A stretch of DNA of 64,000 bases from Candidatus Calditenuaceae archaeon HR02 (GTDB taxonomy: Archaea > Thermoproteota > Nitrososphaeria_A > Caldarchaeales > Calditenuaceae): assembly GCA_002898395.1 (NCBI GenBank), contig BEHE01000003.1:1-64000 (forward strand). Reading direction: 5' to 3'. Below are positions 27,330 through 37,323 of the stretch, one piece after another. How positions within the stretch are numbered: the stretch's first letter is position 1; each line of letters starts with the position of its first letter. The notes under the pieces were generated by a model. That model was not told the origin of the DNA, searched no databases, and saw only the letters and a list, made by a program, of their open reading frames with translations. Position numbers and translations under genes: made by a program.

Positions 27330-28391
27330 CTACCTCCTAAACCCAATTCCCTGACATTTTATCTCTACTCCCCGAGTCCCTTCCCCTACCTGGAAGCTCG
27401 CCCCGGTGAGGCTTCCCACAACCTCCACTCCCGTGGAAGTGTGGCTCGTCATGGCGCTAGTCCTTATCCTGGACTCTCCATCTGCTAAGGCCATCCAGAT
27501 GACTAGCTGGTCCGCGAGGTGTTTGTCGACTGGTGCCCCTGTAGCTAGCTGTTGTAGCGCGTCGTCAACCGCCCGTCTAGCAACCTCCTCTGCAGGGACT
27601 CCCTTCTCACCGAGCGAGTCGAAACCCATTGTGAGACCATTGGAGAGCCGCGCAAGTATAAAGACGCCCGTGCCAGGATCTACGGCGTTTCTGGGGTCTT
27701 CTGGGCCAAGAGACTCCGTCCTCACTATGACATCCCTGTATCCAGACTTCTTGAGCATGGACTCAGCCGCCCCGGCCATACGCCTAACGATGTGGTCGGG
27801 AAGGTTACAGCTATATGCATAGACCTCAAGTTCCTTCAACTCAGCTTCCACAGCCTCAATGGGCCTAAGCCTCTCAACGGGCTGGGTCTTAACTCTCACT
27901 ATTCCCTGCCCCCTCGGATAAAATCCCCTCCTCACCAGCGCGACCTCAGCGCTGACACCCATCCGTCTCAACGCTGGCAAGAGTACCTCTTGGATGTAGT
28001 CAATAGGTGGTGCTAGGGGGTTATTCGTCCCGCCCCGGAGCTCGACCTCACATGGTCCGTCGGCGAAGCATAGGATTGGTAAGAGTGACTGGAGGACGAG
28101 TGATACGCTCCCTGCAGTACCAGTGTCGAAGAAGTATCTTCCTCCACGGGGTTTTGAAGGCTTAAAGACTATGCTGGAGGAGCCTACCTTCAGCCCTTCT
28201 ACCGTTCCTCCACATACCTCAGCCACGGATCTAATGGCTGTTATGTGCTGCGGCCTCAACCCCGGCGGCCTACGCTTAGCCCGGATGTTGTAAATCCTCA
28301 GCTCCTCTCCTAATAAGGCGCACGTCGAGACGGCGTATCTCAGGACTTGACCGCCGCCCTCACCTATACTGCCGTCAACCATCTTGACCAT
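27330..28391 (-). CDS. rtcA: RNA 3'-terminal phosphate cyclase
   Basis: GEGGGQVLR, GLRPQH, RRGFYPRG, DKHLADQL. Confidence 0.95.
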   Translation of the reverse strand: MVKMVDGSIGEGGGQVLRYAVSTCALLGEELRIYNIRAKRRPPGLRPQHITAIRSVAEVCGGTVEGLKVGSSSIVFKPSKPRGGRYFFDTGTAGSVSLVLQSLLPILCFADGPCEVELRGGTNNPLAPPIDYIQEVLLPALRRMGVSAEVALVRRGFYPRGQGIVRVKTQPVERLRPIEAVEAELKELEVYAYSCNLPDHIVRRMAGAAESMLKKSGYRDVIVRTESLGPEDPRNAVDPGTGVFILARLSNGLTMGFDSLGEKGVPAEEVARRAVDDALQQLATGAPVDKHLADQLVIWMALADGESRIRTSAMTSHTSTGVEVVGSLTGASFQVGEGTRGVEIKCQGIGFRR

Positions 28392-28445
28392 GCATCCAGT
28401 ACCCGCTCAACAGTTTGTTGACTGATGCTATAAACCGTAGAGGGT

Positions 28446-29804
28446 CTATGCGGGGAGGCCGAGGAGCCTCAGCAGTGCCATGTGTTCCTCGCTTCTCACG
28501 GGATAGTAGATGAAGAACCACATGAGCTGGACCCCCACAACAATCCAGGTGACATAGCTGGGCATATCCCTCCTAGTCAATATGTCCGCCATCGCAATGC
28601 TGAGGATAGGCAGCGTGAAGTAGAAGTAGAATGGATAGACCCAGCGGCTTAAAAGATACGCGAGCGGGAAATAGATAAGATAGTTGAACACCACCCAAAT
28701 CGTGAAGAATGTGTCAACCGCCTCTCTCCCAGAGTAGGGGAGATTCTTCAAGCCCCTAAGATGCTGTATGATATGCCTGAGACCGAAAGGTATTGAGTAT
28801 ATTGCGGCAATCCAGAAGAGCCACCAGAGTGGACTCTGAATGCCGTAATAGAGTATAGGGTGCTGCTCCCGACTATCGATGAGTACTGTCACAATATAGA
28901 AGCCCATCGGGCTGAATCCTCCGATTGGTAGGACCCAGTTTAGTGGTAGGTCAACCACGGTTTTTCCACTATTGTCTTTGTGGACGCAGTAGAGTGGGAG
29001 GTGAGGCTCCGCGCAGTTGAACCTGAGTGAGGAGTGGTAGCTAAGGATAAAGTCCATGTGGGCAAACGGGTGGGGGTAGGCTTGGAAATGGGCGTCATAT
29101 ACCGCGAGACCCGCCGTCATAAGTGCAAAGAGGAGCAGGCCGTAGAATACTATATGTCTCATCGAGTGTGAGATCCGCGAGGCCGCGTCTCCGCCGGACC
29201 TGCTTGTGACAAGTGCGTCATAAATAATGATTCCGAGAGCGGTGAACAATGCGGATGTCTTTGACAATACGGAGGCAGCCAGAACAATTGTCCCCAAGTA
29301 TCTTCGTCCAGCTATGAAGAGGTAGGCTCCTAAGAGTGCGAAGAAGAGTGAGGGCGCGTCTAGAATTGCTATTGAGGATATGTTGAAGCCTGTTACGTCG
29401 AGCGCGAATAGGAGGACGGATAGGAGGGCAGCCATCCCGTCCCCAATCAGCCTGCGAGCTAGTAGATATAAGACGGGAAGTGTGAGCGTCCCGCTAATGA
29501 CTGAGGGAAGCCGCCAAGACAGTGGTGTGTCGCCGAGAGCAAGTATCGAATACATTATGAGATATTTTGCGAGTGGTGGATGTTCATTATTCGCTGCTTC
29601 ACCGTTAATCATCTTCCTCACCGCTCTGACATAGTGTGCCTCGTCGAATACGAATCCACATCCCGATGTCTGCTCTATGCACTCCTGTGGCGGTCTCTCG
29701 GGTGAAGGTGTATTAATTATTGATAGTTTCAGAACAATGTAGATTATAGTAAGCACTATTACGACTGTTTTTGGCTGGCTTAGCTTAGAAAGCGGTGGAC
29801 GCAT
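28446..29804 (-). CDS. GT39/PMT-like protein glycosyltransferase
   Basis: FDEAHY, NNEHPPLAK, WRLPS; multi-pass membrane protein. Confidence 0.85.
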   Translation of the reverse strand: MRPPLSKLSQPKTVVIVLTIIYIVLKLSIINTPSPERPPQECIEQTSGCGFVFDEAHYVRAVRKMINGEAANNEHPPLAKYLIMYSILALGDTPLSWRLPSVISGTLTLPVLYLLARRLIGDGMAALLSVLLFALDVTGFNISSIAILDAPSLFFALLGAYLFIAGRRYLGTIVLAASVLSKTSALFTALGIIIYDALVTSRSGGDAASRISHSMRHIVFYGLLLFALMTAGLAVYDAHFQAYPHPFAHMDFILSYHSSLRFNCAEPHLPLYCVHKDNSGKTVVDLPLNWVLPIGGFSPMGFYIVTVLIDSREQHPILYYGIQSPLWWLFWIAAIYSIPFGLRHIIQHLRGLKNLPYSGREAVDTFFTIWVVFNYLIYFPLAYLLSRWVYPFYFYFTLPILSIAMADILTRRDMPSYVTWIVVGVQLMWFFIYYPVRSEEHMALLRLLGLPA

Positions 29805-29813
29805 GGTTCTACA

Positions 29814-30077
29814 CTACCGCCTTAGAGTGATCTCTATATAGCTGATATTCCGCGGCTTATTGTCCACTACAATCGTCTCAGTGCCGATGCTTATACTCTC
29901 AATCTGAATATCCGTGACAAACCCCCTCTTCAAGGTATTTACCACGTCTACGCACGAGCTTATCCTTCGCCCCCTAGCCCTCAAGACCACCCTGTCGCTA
30001 CCTCTATTGAACGATGTCAGGCAAGCCGTAACATAGCTCAGGAGCGGCTTCTTACCTATTATCACTTGGGGGATCAA
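29814..30077 (-). CDS. albA: DNA/RNA-binding protein Alba
   Basis: IGKKP, RARGRRIS, ISYIEITL. Confidence 0.92.
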   Translation of the reverse strand: MIPQVIIGKKPLLSYVTACLTSFNRGSDRVVLRARGRRISSCVDVVNTLKRGFVTDIQIESISIGTETIVVDNKPRNISYIEITLRR

Positions 30078-30137
30078 CTGGCTTGTAATACCTCATCGCC
30101 CATTCAGATATAACAATTTCTCTTGCAGGGCTTTTCT

Positions 30138-31907
30138 TTACATGAGTATAGCGATGACGAAACCTGTGATCGCTGAGCCGAATAGGCCGGACAGATAGAT
30201 CATGGCGTGGCGCTTTACGCGAGTGGCTAGTTTTTCGAATAGCTCTTCCGTGAAGAGTCTGACACCCTCGTGTTTAATCCTGACATAGGCGGCTTCCACC
30301 TCTTCAGTTGATGCTGAGGCCTCAGATGAGAGCCTCTCAAAGATGCTTACAATCTCTTCGCGGGAAGTATTCTCCCCTATCGGATAGTATCCTCGCCCTC
30401 CCAGCACGACCCCGTTAACAGAATGTGTATCTGTCGTCAATATCTCTGATGTTTGCCATCCCATGTCCATAAGCCTTTGTCTCAGAGTGTCAGTGACCCA
30501 TGGCATAGCATTGTTTCCATCTATTACGCCTAGTGCCGCCCTGTGCCCGTCGACTTCGAAGGCTACGAACGAGTAGCCGCATAGGCCTATACCTCTCCGC
30601 GGGTCATGGCCCCCGAAGCCTGCCCGACATATTGAGAGCTGTAGTCTGCCACGTGTGGTCTCACCTGTCTCGTTAAATCTTTTTATGAGGTCTTGGATGT
30701 CTGCTAGGTCTGCGAGGCTAAGTCTCTTAAATCTGTGGGAAAAAGAGTTGTGCGGGTCAATCACAGAGATGTTGAACTCATCCGCGAATATTGCTATCTC
30801 TTCGGGAATATCCTCCATAGGTTCTGGGTGGCGGCTAATCACTGCCGCCCTCCTCCCTGCCAATTCTATCAGGAAGCCCCCTGCTCTCCCAGTCCTCACC
30901 CATTTCCACAGCGCTGCCTCATCACTCCACCCATCCTTGACACCGCATATCCCTGATACGACTTCTTCCGCAACCCGCTCAGCGTCGCGGCTGGTGATTA
31001 TATCTGACTTATGGGTTGTGCACCCCTTCACGGTTATGGCTATAACACCTCTTTTAGCCGCCTTGGACTCTATCAGCCAGTTAAGCATCGAGCTGCCCAT
31101 CCTCCTAAACGGGCCCATGTGAAACCCCAAAATAACTAGGGCTGACAGCCTCCCAGTCCTCTTGCCCCTAAATACAAATGCCTCAGTGACCCGCTCACCG
31201 ACCTTTCCTAACCTATACAGCTCTTCCTCAAGGATCCTGGGGTTGCCCTCAAGCATAAGCCCGGCCAAGCCTCTTGACAGTCTTATGGACGAGATGCCAT
31301 CCCCATCGGGGAGGCCTAGGAAGAAGAGGGTTGAAGCGGCGATTATTGTCCCCAGAGGTGTACTAGCCAGAATTGTGCCGGGTAATGGTGCCTCCAATGC
31401 AAGGGTGATGAACAGGGACGCGAGGACGGTCTCCACCAGCGCCCAGGCGGCGATAGGTAGGCCCCTATCCCCGTCTATTATCCATGTAATTGTAAGCCTG
31501 ATGAAGGTGGTTAGGGCAAGCGAGGCCGTGAGCAGTGGTATAGTAATGTTCAGGCCCATGGCCGTGGATAAATATCCGAGGAGGGCAGCTCCTGTAATGA
31601 AATAGTTTGAGAAGAGCGTCAACTGACAGAGACGCCTGAAAGTCGAGTGGAGCGGGAGGCCGTGGAAAATATTCACGGATATTGCTGCGAGAAGCAGGGG
31701 TAGTGCTGCGAAGCCAGCAACACTATAGAGCATCGACTGGAGGCTTTTCCCGCTGAGATAGCCCGTGACTCCTCCTAGGACTCCCGCAGTAGCCACGGTC
31801 AATATTATGGGGTGACGGCTCCCCGGGACCCTGAATATGTACTTGTATCTCGATGCAAGGTAGTCAGCGGGATCCTCCATTTCAAGCTGATGAGGCCATG
31901 GCTTCAT
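30138..31907 (-). CDS. DUF2070 family membrane protein
   Basis: N-terminal TMs; HMGPF, DPHNS, IDGNN, TTDTH. Confidence 0.8.
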   Translation of the reverse strand: MKPWPHQLEMEDPADYLASRYKYIFRVPGSRHPIILTVATAGVLGGVTGYLSGKSLQSMLYSVAGFAALPLLLAAISVNIFHGLPLHSTFRRLCQLTLFSNYFITGAALLGYLSTAMGLNITIPLLTASLALTTFIRLTITWIIDGDRGLPIAAWALVETVLASLFITLALEAPLPGTILASTPLGTIIAASTLFFLGLPDGDGISSIRLSRGLAGLMLEGNPRILEEELYRLGKVGERVTEAFVFRGKRTGRLSALVILGFHMGPFRRMGSSMLNWLIESKAAKRGVIAITVKGCTTHKSDIITSRDAERVAEEVVSGICGVKDGWSDEAALWKWVRTGRAGGFLIELAGRRAAVISRHPEPMEDIPEEIAIFADEFNISVIDPHNSFSHRFKRLSLADLADIQDLIKRFNETGETTRGRLQLSICRAGFGGHDPRRGIGLCGYSFVAFEVDGHRAALGVIDGNNAMPWVTDTLRQRLMDMGWQTSEILTTDTHSVNGVVLGGRGYYPIGENTSREEIVSIFERLSSEASASTEEVEAAYVRIKHEGVRLFTEELFEKLATRVKRHAMIYLSGLFGSAITGFVIAILM

Positions 31908-31927
31908 AAAAACCCTGTCACCTTCAT

Positions 31928-32938
31928 TTATGGCAGGATCTCCTCGAGGCTGCGAGCCCCCCTACTGGCCAACATATTGGTTAATTCGGCGACTATTTGT
32001 CTGACGACACGGGGTCCGCGGTATGTCAGCGCCGTGTAGATTTGGACCGTAGACGCTCCGAGTCTAAAGGCTTGCAAAGCATCCTCTGCGGTGAATATGC
32101 CGCCAACAGCATTTATCTCGCAGTTGCCTCCGACAAGCCTGCCCAACTCTCTAAGCGTCTCCAGCATGTAGGGGTTTAGCGGCCTCCCACTTAATCCCCC
32201 GAACCCAGTAGAGAGCCGGGCCTCACTGACTGGAAGCGTGTTAACGGCTGTAATGCTCTCAAAGCCCCGGTCAACCCAGATCTTTACAGCCCTCAGGACG
32301 TGGCTCCTAAGCTCCGTCCGCGCCAGTGGCGGTATCTTAAGCGCTAGGGGACACCACTTGACGCTAGCAAGCAGCTCGACTAGGCGGCTAAACCTCTCCT
32401 CAGACCATATCATAGCTGCATCCCGGAGGCTCGGCGAGCTTAGGTTTACCTCGACACCCGCGACCACCCCTCTCAGCCTCTCATAGCAGGCGACAATCTC
32501 CAATGGATCTGATCCAGCGATGCTCGCAACCACCGGGACCCCTGCAAGCGGCACCCCAAGAGACAAATTTCTTGCAAATACCTCTATACCAGGGTTTGGA
32601 AGGCCCATAGCGTTGACGAGTGCCTCGCCCCTCCTCCTAACTACCCTGGGCTTCTTGTTCCCTGGCCTAGGGTTTAGCGTAACAGAACCTGCCACTAGGT
32701 ATCCGAACCCCAGGCCGGACAAGTGCGCTACACTCTCGCCCGTCTTGTCGAAGCCGGCTGCGAGTCCTATAGGTGGAGCGAGCCTGCCGAGCCATGTCTT
32801 GAGCTGGATTCCCTCAGGAAGCTCAACCTTTCCGGGCCTGAGGAGCTTGACCAGTCTTAAACCTGCTTTATGGGCATCCTCTGGTGGAAGAAGCCTCAGG
32901 AACTTGTGAGCTATACTGGGTATCACGAGCCCTGTCAC
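31928..32938 (-). CDS. pyrD: Dihydroorotate dehydrogenase (class 2-like)
   Basis: PEDAH, GLAAGFDK, NAMG, NLSSP, GGLSG. Confidence 0.9.
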   Translation of the reverse strand: MTGLVIPSIAHKFLRLLPPEDAHKAGLRLVKLLRPGKVELPEGIQLKTWLGRLAPPIGLAAGFDKTGESVAHLSGLGFGYLVAGSVTLNPRPGNKKPRVVRRRGEALVNAMGLPNPGIEVFARNLSLGVPLAGVPVVASIAGSDPLEIVACYERLRGVVAGVEVNLSSPSLRDAAMIWSEERFSRLVELLASVKWCPLALKIPPLARTELRSHVLRAVKIWVDRGFESITAVNTLPVSEARLSTGFGGLSGRPLNPYMLETLRELGRLVGGNCEINAVGGIFTAEDALQAFRLGASTVQIYTALTYRGPRVVRQIVAELTNMLASRGARSLEEILP

Positions 32939-32963
32939 GCCGGAGGGTATTGTTATGCCGCGC

Positions 32964-33419
32964 CTATTTATTTGGGGATTGCGCGTGGAGCTCAGCCGGG
33001 CTGTCAGCCGAGGCTATTATCCTTCCACTCCAAGGACAGTATCGGCCAACGGTGTCTATCCAGTAGTCGAGCTCACTCTCCACATAGCTCGGAAGACCGT
33101 CACACAGCTCTATCGAAAACTCAGCCATCCTGACTGTGTCGGGTCGGAGATGCCAGCTCCAAGGCTTGTTAAAGCCACCATCCCCCCGCTCAAGCTCACC
33201 GGTTGGAAAGAGATTATTCAACCCCCTTAAATTATCCTCAGCCAGCCTTATCGTCTCCTCGTCCGTCACATATATGATGAATCGCTCACCTGATACATCG
33301 ACCAGAAAATACCTGCCACCACTCCCCCTTCCCCCTACTAGTAGGGGATAAAATAGTAGTAATGCTGCAACAGAAACAGCTAAGAGAGTGATAAGAAGAA
33401 TTAGAGAGGTTCGACGCAA
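32964..33419 (-). CDS. Membrane-anchored BP74-like protein
   Basis: N-terminal TM; WSWHL...ELCDGLPSYVE...YCPW. Confidence 0.65.
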   Translation of the reverse strand: MRRTSLILLITLLAVSVAALLLFYPLLVGGRGSGGRYFLVDVSGERFIIYVTDEETIRLAEDNLRGLNNLFPTGELERGDGGFNKPWSWHLRPDTVRMAEFSIELCDGLPSYVESELDYWIDTVGRYCPWSGRIIASADSPAELHAQSPNK

Positions 33420-33470
33420 AACCTACACCTACAAATTCTTGGATCAATATTAATTTATTATTATGCGATT

Positions 33471-33734
33471 TCAGTACACTCTATCCCACTCCTTCACTGT
33501 ACACCTTCGGAGCCCAAACTTTACATATGGGTCAGACTCCGCTAACGATCTAGCCTCCTCAATGTTCTTAGCCTCCAGTATGTAGAGTCCTCCGCTACCG
33601 TCTTTAAAGCGTCCTGATGCGAAGAGAATTCCGCGGGCCTTGAGGGATGCGAGATGGTCGAGGTGAGACCGCCTCTGGTTCTGTGTGGGCTCCACCCCAG
33701 CTATGGTCTCAAGTAGGACAACGAAGTATGGCAT
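33471..33734 (-). CDS. YciI family protein
   Basis: HLDHL, SGRF, GGLYI, SDPY. Confidence 0.85.
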   Translation of the reverse strand: MPYFVVLLETIAGVEPTQNQRRSHLDHLASLKARGILFASGRFKDGSGGLYILEAKNIEEARSLAESDPYVKFGLRRCTVKEWDRVY

Positions 33735-33795
33735 TATCTCTGCCTCACCGATTGGTTGAGAGGGCTTAATTTAAATGCTATTTCGTAGATTAAGG

Positions 33796-34314
33796 TTAGA
33801 GCTCCATGAAAATAGTTATCGAGTCACCTGTCTTGGAATAAATTTTGAGGGGGCCTGTCTTTGATCCATCCATCCCTGGAGACCCCTGCGGCATTCCTGG
33901 GAGTGCGATGCCATCTACATCAGGCCGCTCCACTAGGAGATTCGAAATGGCCTCCAGCGGGACGTGCCCCTCGACGAAATAGCCATCCAAGACCGACGTG
34001 TGGCAGCTAAACAGCTGACTCGGTATCCCAAGCTTCTTCCTCATATCCAGCAGTCCCTGAGGATCCATCATCACTGTCTGCACCTGGACCCCCCTACTCT
34101 TCAAATAGCCTTCATATTTCCCACAACAGTCACAGAGAGAGGTTCTATACAGTTTCACCACAGGGTAAGCTATGCTCGTAAAGGTCGGTTTCTCACTGTT
34201 GGTGGAGCCCTGATTTAGGACGACCACAAGAGCTAATAATATTGTTATCACACTGGCCACGATGGAGTACAGCAGTATGTTACTCTTTTTATTGCCTTTT
34301 CTTTTTCTCACCAT
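33796..34314 (-). CDS. DUF411/CopG-like metal-binding protein, membrane-anchored
   Basis: CDCC, SCHT, EGHVP, PGMPQGSPGM. Confidence 0.88.
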   Translation of the reverse strand: MVRKRKGNKKSNILLYSIVASVITILLALVVVLNQGSTNSEKPTFTSIAYPVVKLYRTSLCDCCGKYEGYLKSRGVQVQTVMMDPQGLLDMRKKLGIPSQLFSCHTSVLDGYFVEGHVPLEAISNLLVERPDVDGIALPGMPQGSPGMDGSKTGPLKIYSKTGDSITIFMEL

Positions 34315-34317
34315 GTT

Positions 34318-34713
34318 TCACTCACCCTTTTCAGCCGTTGCAGCCTTCCAAGTTAGTGCAAGAATTCCTCCGACTATCCCTAGAAGAGACCCTACAATGA
34401 AGCCGCCGAACCCTAAAAGCCCGACTAGTGAGAACACGAGTATAACGGCTCCCCATGGTTGAGCTAGTTTAGGGTCGCTGAAGATAGCTAAGGCTCCAAT
34501 TATAATCACTGCCCCTGAGGCTATGCCTATAATCGCGGGAATCCACCACATCCAAGGCATCCACCACATCATCATTGGCATCATCATACCGCGCCATCCG
34601 CCCCAAGCTGGATAATATGACCAGGATAGAGCGATGGCGCCTCCTACTAGGAGCAACACTCCGGCGGCTAGAGAAAGTACGAAGGCGCCTAGCGGCTTAT
34701 CCCCCTGGCTCAA
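34318..34713 (-). CDS. Four-TM membrane protein with Met/Trp-rich loop
   Basis: GMMMPMMMWWMPWMWW loop; GGFIVGSLLGIVGGILAL. Confidence 0.75.
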   Translation of the reverse strand: MSQGDKPLGAFVLSLAAGVLLLVGGAIALSWSYYPAWGGWRGMMMPMMMWWMPWMWWIPAIIGIASGAVIIIGALAIFSDPKLAQPWGAVILVFSLVGLLGFGGFIVGSLLGIVGGILALTWKAATAEKGE

Positions 34714-35426
34714 TGCCCCTCACCAAGTTCCAACTCCCTGATAAACTCGCCATGCCATGAGTGATACCATATATCCCCCGTATAGCCGTTAACGCTGAGC
34801 ATTCCATGCACCTCGCCGTTTAGCTTATAGTCCATGGTGTAGTAGCCGTAAAACCTTGTAGGCTCCAATACTTCTACTATTCCACTACCGTATCTTCGGG
34901 ATAGGTAGTCTAGGGCTAGCCTCATAGCCTCATCTGAGCTAATAGGCATGTCAGCTGAAGGCTCTGTACTTTGCCCCATCATCGCATAATGCATCCCGTA
35001 CTTCCTATTCCACATCATGTTCGGCCCGGGCTCGGGAGAAACAACGCTTGTATACGGGTCGACAAGCAGTTCAAATGCACCGAGACTAGTATCACTCTCA
35101 ATAACAATGGCGTAGAAGTTATTCTCAAACTCCATTATCTCTTGTATTCTAGGTCCTGGACCGAACCTGGTTGAAATATAGTCCTCGACTAGCTCGAGCG
35201 CCCGTTCTATACCTATTCTAGCCCCTCCTGCGGATGGTGTTTGACCCCACATCCATGGGCACCCTCCCATCATCCAGCCACCTATGCCGTAATTAGGAGG
35301 CGCCACGTTCTGCGGATAGGTTGTTATTGGCCCCCTCCTCCAGAAATCATATACGGCTACGGCGCTACCAGCCACCACTACTGATACGGCGACTAGAGCT
35401 ACAGTGATTAAACCCGGCCTCACCAT
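34710..35426 (-). CDS. Exported Met/Gly-rich protein with two PepSY-like repeats
   Basis: N-terminal TM; GWMMGG, ELLVDPY, EPGPNMMWN, MLSVNGYTG..WYHSWHG. Confidence 0.75.
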   Translation of the reverse strand: MVRPGLITVALVAVSVVVAGSAVAVYDFWRRGPITTYPQNVAPPNYGIGGWMMGGCPWMWGQTPSAGGARIGIERALELVEDYISTRFGPGPRIQEIMEFENNFYAIVIESDTSLGAFELLVDPYTSVVSPEPGPNMMWNRKYGMHYAMMGQSTEPSADMPISSDEAMRLALDYLSRRYGSGIVEVLEPTRFYGYYTMDYKLNGEVHGMLSVNGYTGDIWYHSWHGEFIRELELGEGH

Positions 35427-35477
35427 GCCTCAACACCTACCACATATGAGTTGGCAGGGGTGGGAAAAAGGATATCC

Positions 35478-35502
35478 TGAAACGGTCTTGAAACGTTGAA
35501 AC
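35478..35502. promoter_or_regulatory. Triple TGAAAC direct repeat in a divergent promoter
   Basis: TGAAAC at 35478, 35489 and 35497. Confidence 0.45.
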
Positions 35503-35571
35503 CCTTATTAGGTGATTGGCCGTGTCGGCATGGAATGCTTAAATAGGCTGTAGTTAGAATCTAGAGCCGTA

Positions 35572-36063
35572 TTGGCTATCAGCCGTCACGGCAAGGTTCT
35601 AGCCCTCTTGATGGCCACCTCTGGTGTATCCCTACTCCTCATCACACTCTTCAGCATCTGGCAGCATAACAATATTATGAGCGAGGTTATGGGGGATATA
35701 ATCAACATGCCAATACACGAGTCAATGTTGTTCTGGATGAGCGTTCCACTTGTTGCGGCGTCTCTCATGCTTATCATAGCCGCAATCGCCATCTCTCTAG
35801 TCCAGCAGAAGAAGAGGGTAGATAGTGGTGTTGTAGGGCTAAACGATAGAGAGAGCATGGTTGTCGGGTATCTGATAGAGCGTGGAGGGGTAGCTGAGCA
35901 GCGGGAGATAGCAAAGGGGCTCGGGCTTACTCGTCTCCAAACCCACAGAATAGTCTCATCACTCAGGAATAGGAATATCGTAGACGTGGAACGCTATGGC
36001 AGAACTAATATGGTGAGGCTTAAAGCCGACAAGGTGAAGCAGCTAGGCCAGCGATCTACCTAG
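35572..36063 (+). CDS. Membrane-anchored wHTH transcriptional regulator
   Basis: Two TMs around a His/Met loop; C-terminal QREIAKGLGLTRLQTHRIVSSL...YGRTNMV. Confidence 0.8.
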   Translation: MAISRHGKVLALLMATSGVSLLLITLFSIWQHNNIMSEVMGDIINMPIHESMLFWMSVPLVAASLMLIIAAIAISLVQQKKRVDSGVVGLNDRESMVVGYLIERGGVAEQREIAKGLGLTRLQTHRIVSSLRNRNIVDVERYGRTNMVRLKADKVKQLGQRST

Positions 36064-36068
36064 TTTGA

Positions 36069-37235
36069 TCATTTGGACCTGGCCCGCTCAACGAAGGCGG
36101 CAATCCTCTCGGCCGCCTCCACAAGCTTCTCAGGGCTAGCCGAGAGAGTTATCCTGAAATGCCCTTCACCACCCTTGCCAAACGCCTTCCCAGGAATAGT
36201 AACCACCCCTGCCTCTTTTGCAAGCCTGTTACAAAAGGTTTCCGAGTCTAGGGGAAGTGGTATCCTGGGAAACAGATAGATGCCACCTCTGGGAAGGTGC
36301 GCAGATACTCCATGGGAGTTTAACTCCCTGTGTAGAACATCTCGCCTCCTCCAGTACTCCGAGACTTTTTCATTTATCATCTTATCCACCTCGCTGGATT
36401 TGAGGGCGTATAATGCGACGTATTGTGCGACGCTAGGCGCGCAGGCATTAATGTATGCTTGAAGCCTGATGACACGGGTCTTTAAGTGCGGGGGTGCTAT
36501 CATGTATCCCAGCCTCCACCCCGTCATCGCAAGGGTCTTCGAGAAACTGTTGATAACAACAATCCTATCGTATTCTCCCCAATACTTCGCAGCGCTGGTG
36601 TATTCTACACCGTACACAAATCTCTCGTAAACCTCATCAGATATCAGATAGGTCCCCCTCTCCCTGCACAGTTCCACCACCTCCGAGAAGGCCCGCTCAT
36701 CAATCACAGTACCTGTAGGGTTTGTAGGACTGTTGAGTATCACCGCAACCCCCTTCTCACCCAGTGTTGACTTGACTCCCCCCACATCAAGCTGGAAGTC
36801 GCTCTCTGGGAGCGGCTCCACCTCAACTACCCTACCCCCCAAAATCTGTGTTAGGGCCTTGAACGAGGGGAAGGAAGGGGTGGGGATAACCACCCAGTCC
36901 CCCGGCCGGATTATCGAGGCTAACGACATGAAGAGTGCGCTTGAGGCGCCTGGCGTCACTACTACGTTGTCAGGATCTATGTCAACACCCCACCTCCTGC
37001 TGTAAGCCCCGGCTATCGCCTCTCTCAGCTCAACTATTCCAGCTGTCATAGTGTACTTGTTCAACCCCCGCCTAATTACGCGCTCAGCCTCCTCCTTAAG
37101 CGGCTCAAACATGTCGAAGTCCGGCTCGCCAATGCCCAAGTTTATCATGTTTCCAGCGTTGCCTATATTGTCAAAATATTTTATGACCCATGAGTCGTCG
37201 CCATCACCGTGCTGCATTTCCTTACCCAATTTCAC
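36069..37235 (-). CDS. PLP-dependent class I/II aminotransferase
   Basis: GEPDF, NSPTNPTG, SDEVY, SFSKTLAMTGWRLG. Confidence 0.95.
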   Translation of the reverse strand: MKLGKEMQHGDGDDSWVIKYFDNIGNAGNMINLGIGEPDFDMFEPLKEEAERVIRRGLNKYTMTAGIVELREAIAGAYSRRWGVDIDPDNVVVTPGASSALFMSLASIIRPGDWVVIPTPSFPSFKALTQILGGRVVEVEPLPESDFQLDVGGVKSTLGEKGVAVILNSPTNPTGTVIDERAFSEVVELCRERGTYLISDEVYERFVYGVEYTSAAKYWGEYDRIVVINSFSKTLAMTGWRLGYMIAPPHLKTRVIRLQAYINACAPSVAQYVALYALKSSEVDKMINEKVSEYWRRRDVLHRELNSHGVSAHLPRGGIYLFPRIPLPLDSETFCNRLAKEAGVVTIPGKAFGKGGEGHFRITLSASPEKLVEAAERIAAFVERARSK

Positions 37236-37323
37236 CAGATATGTGCTCTAACGCCTCTCTATTACTTTTCACCACCCGGGCAAGTGGGGCATCATGACTT
37301 ATTAGCGACATATTCCCATGTAG

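Noticed and set aside
31886-31915. CTGATGAG hammerhead or C/D-box-like motif
   Set aside because: No GAAA core or box D at a suitable distance; it overlaps the start of the DUF2070 gene.
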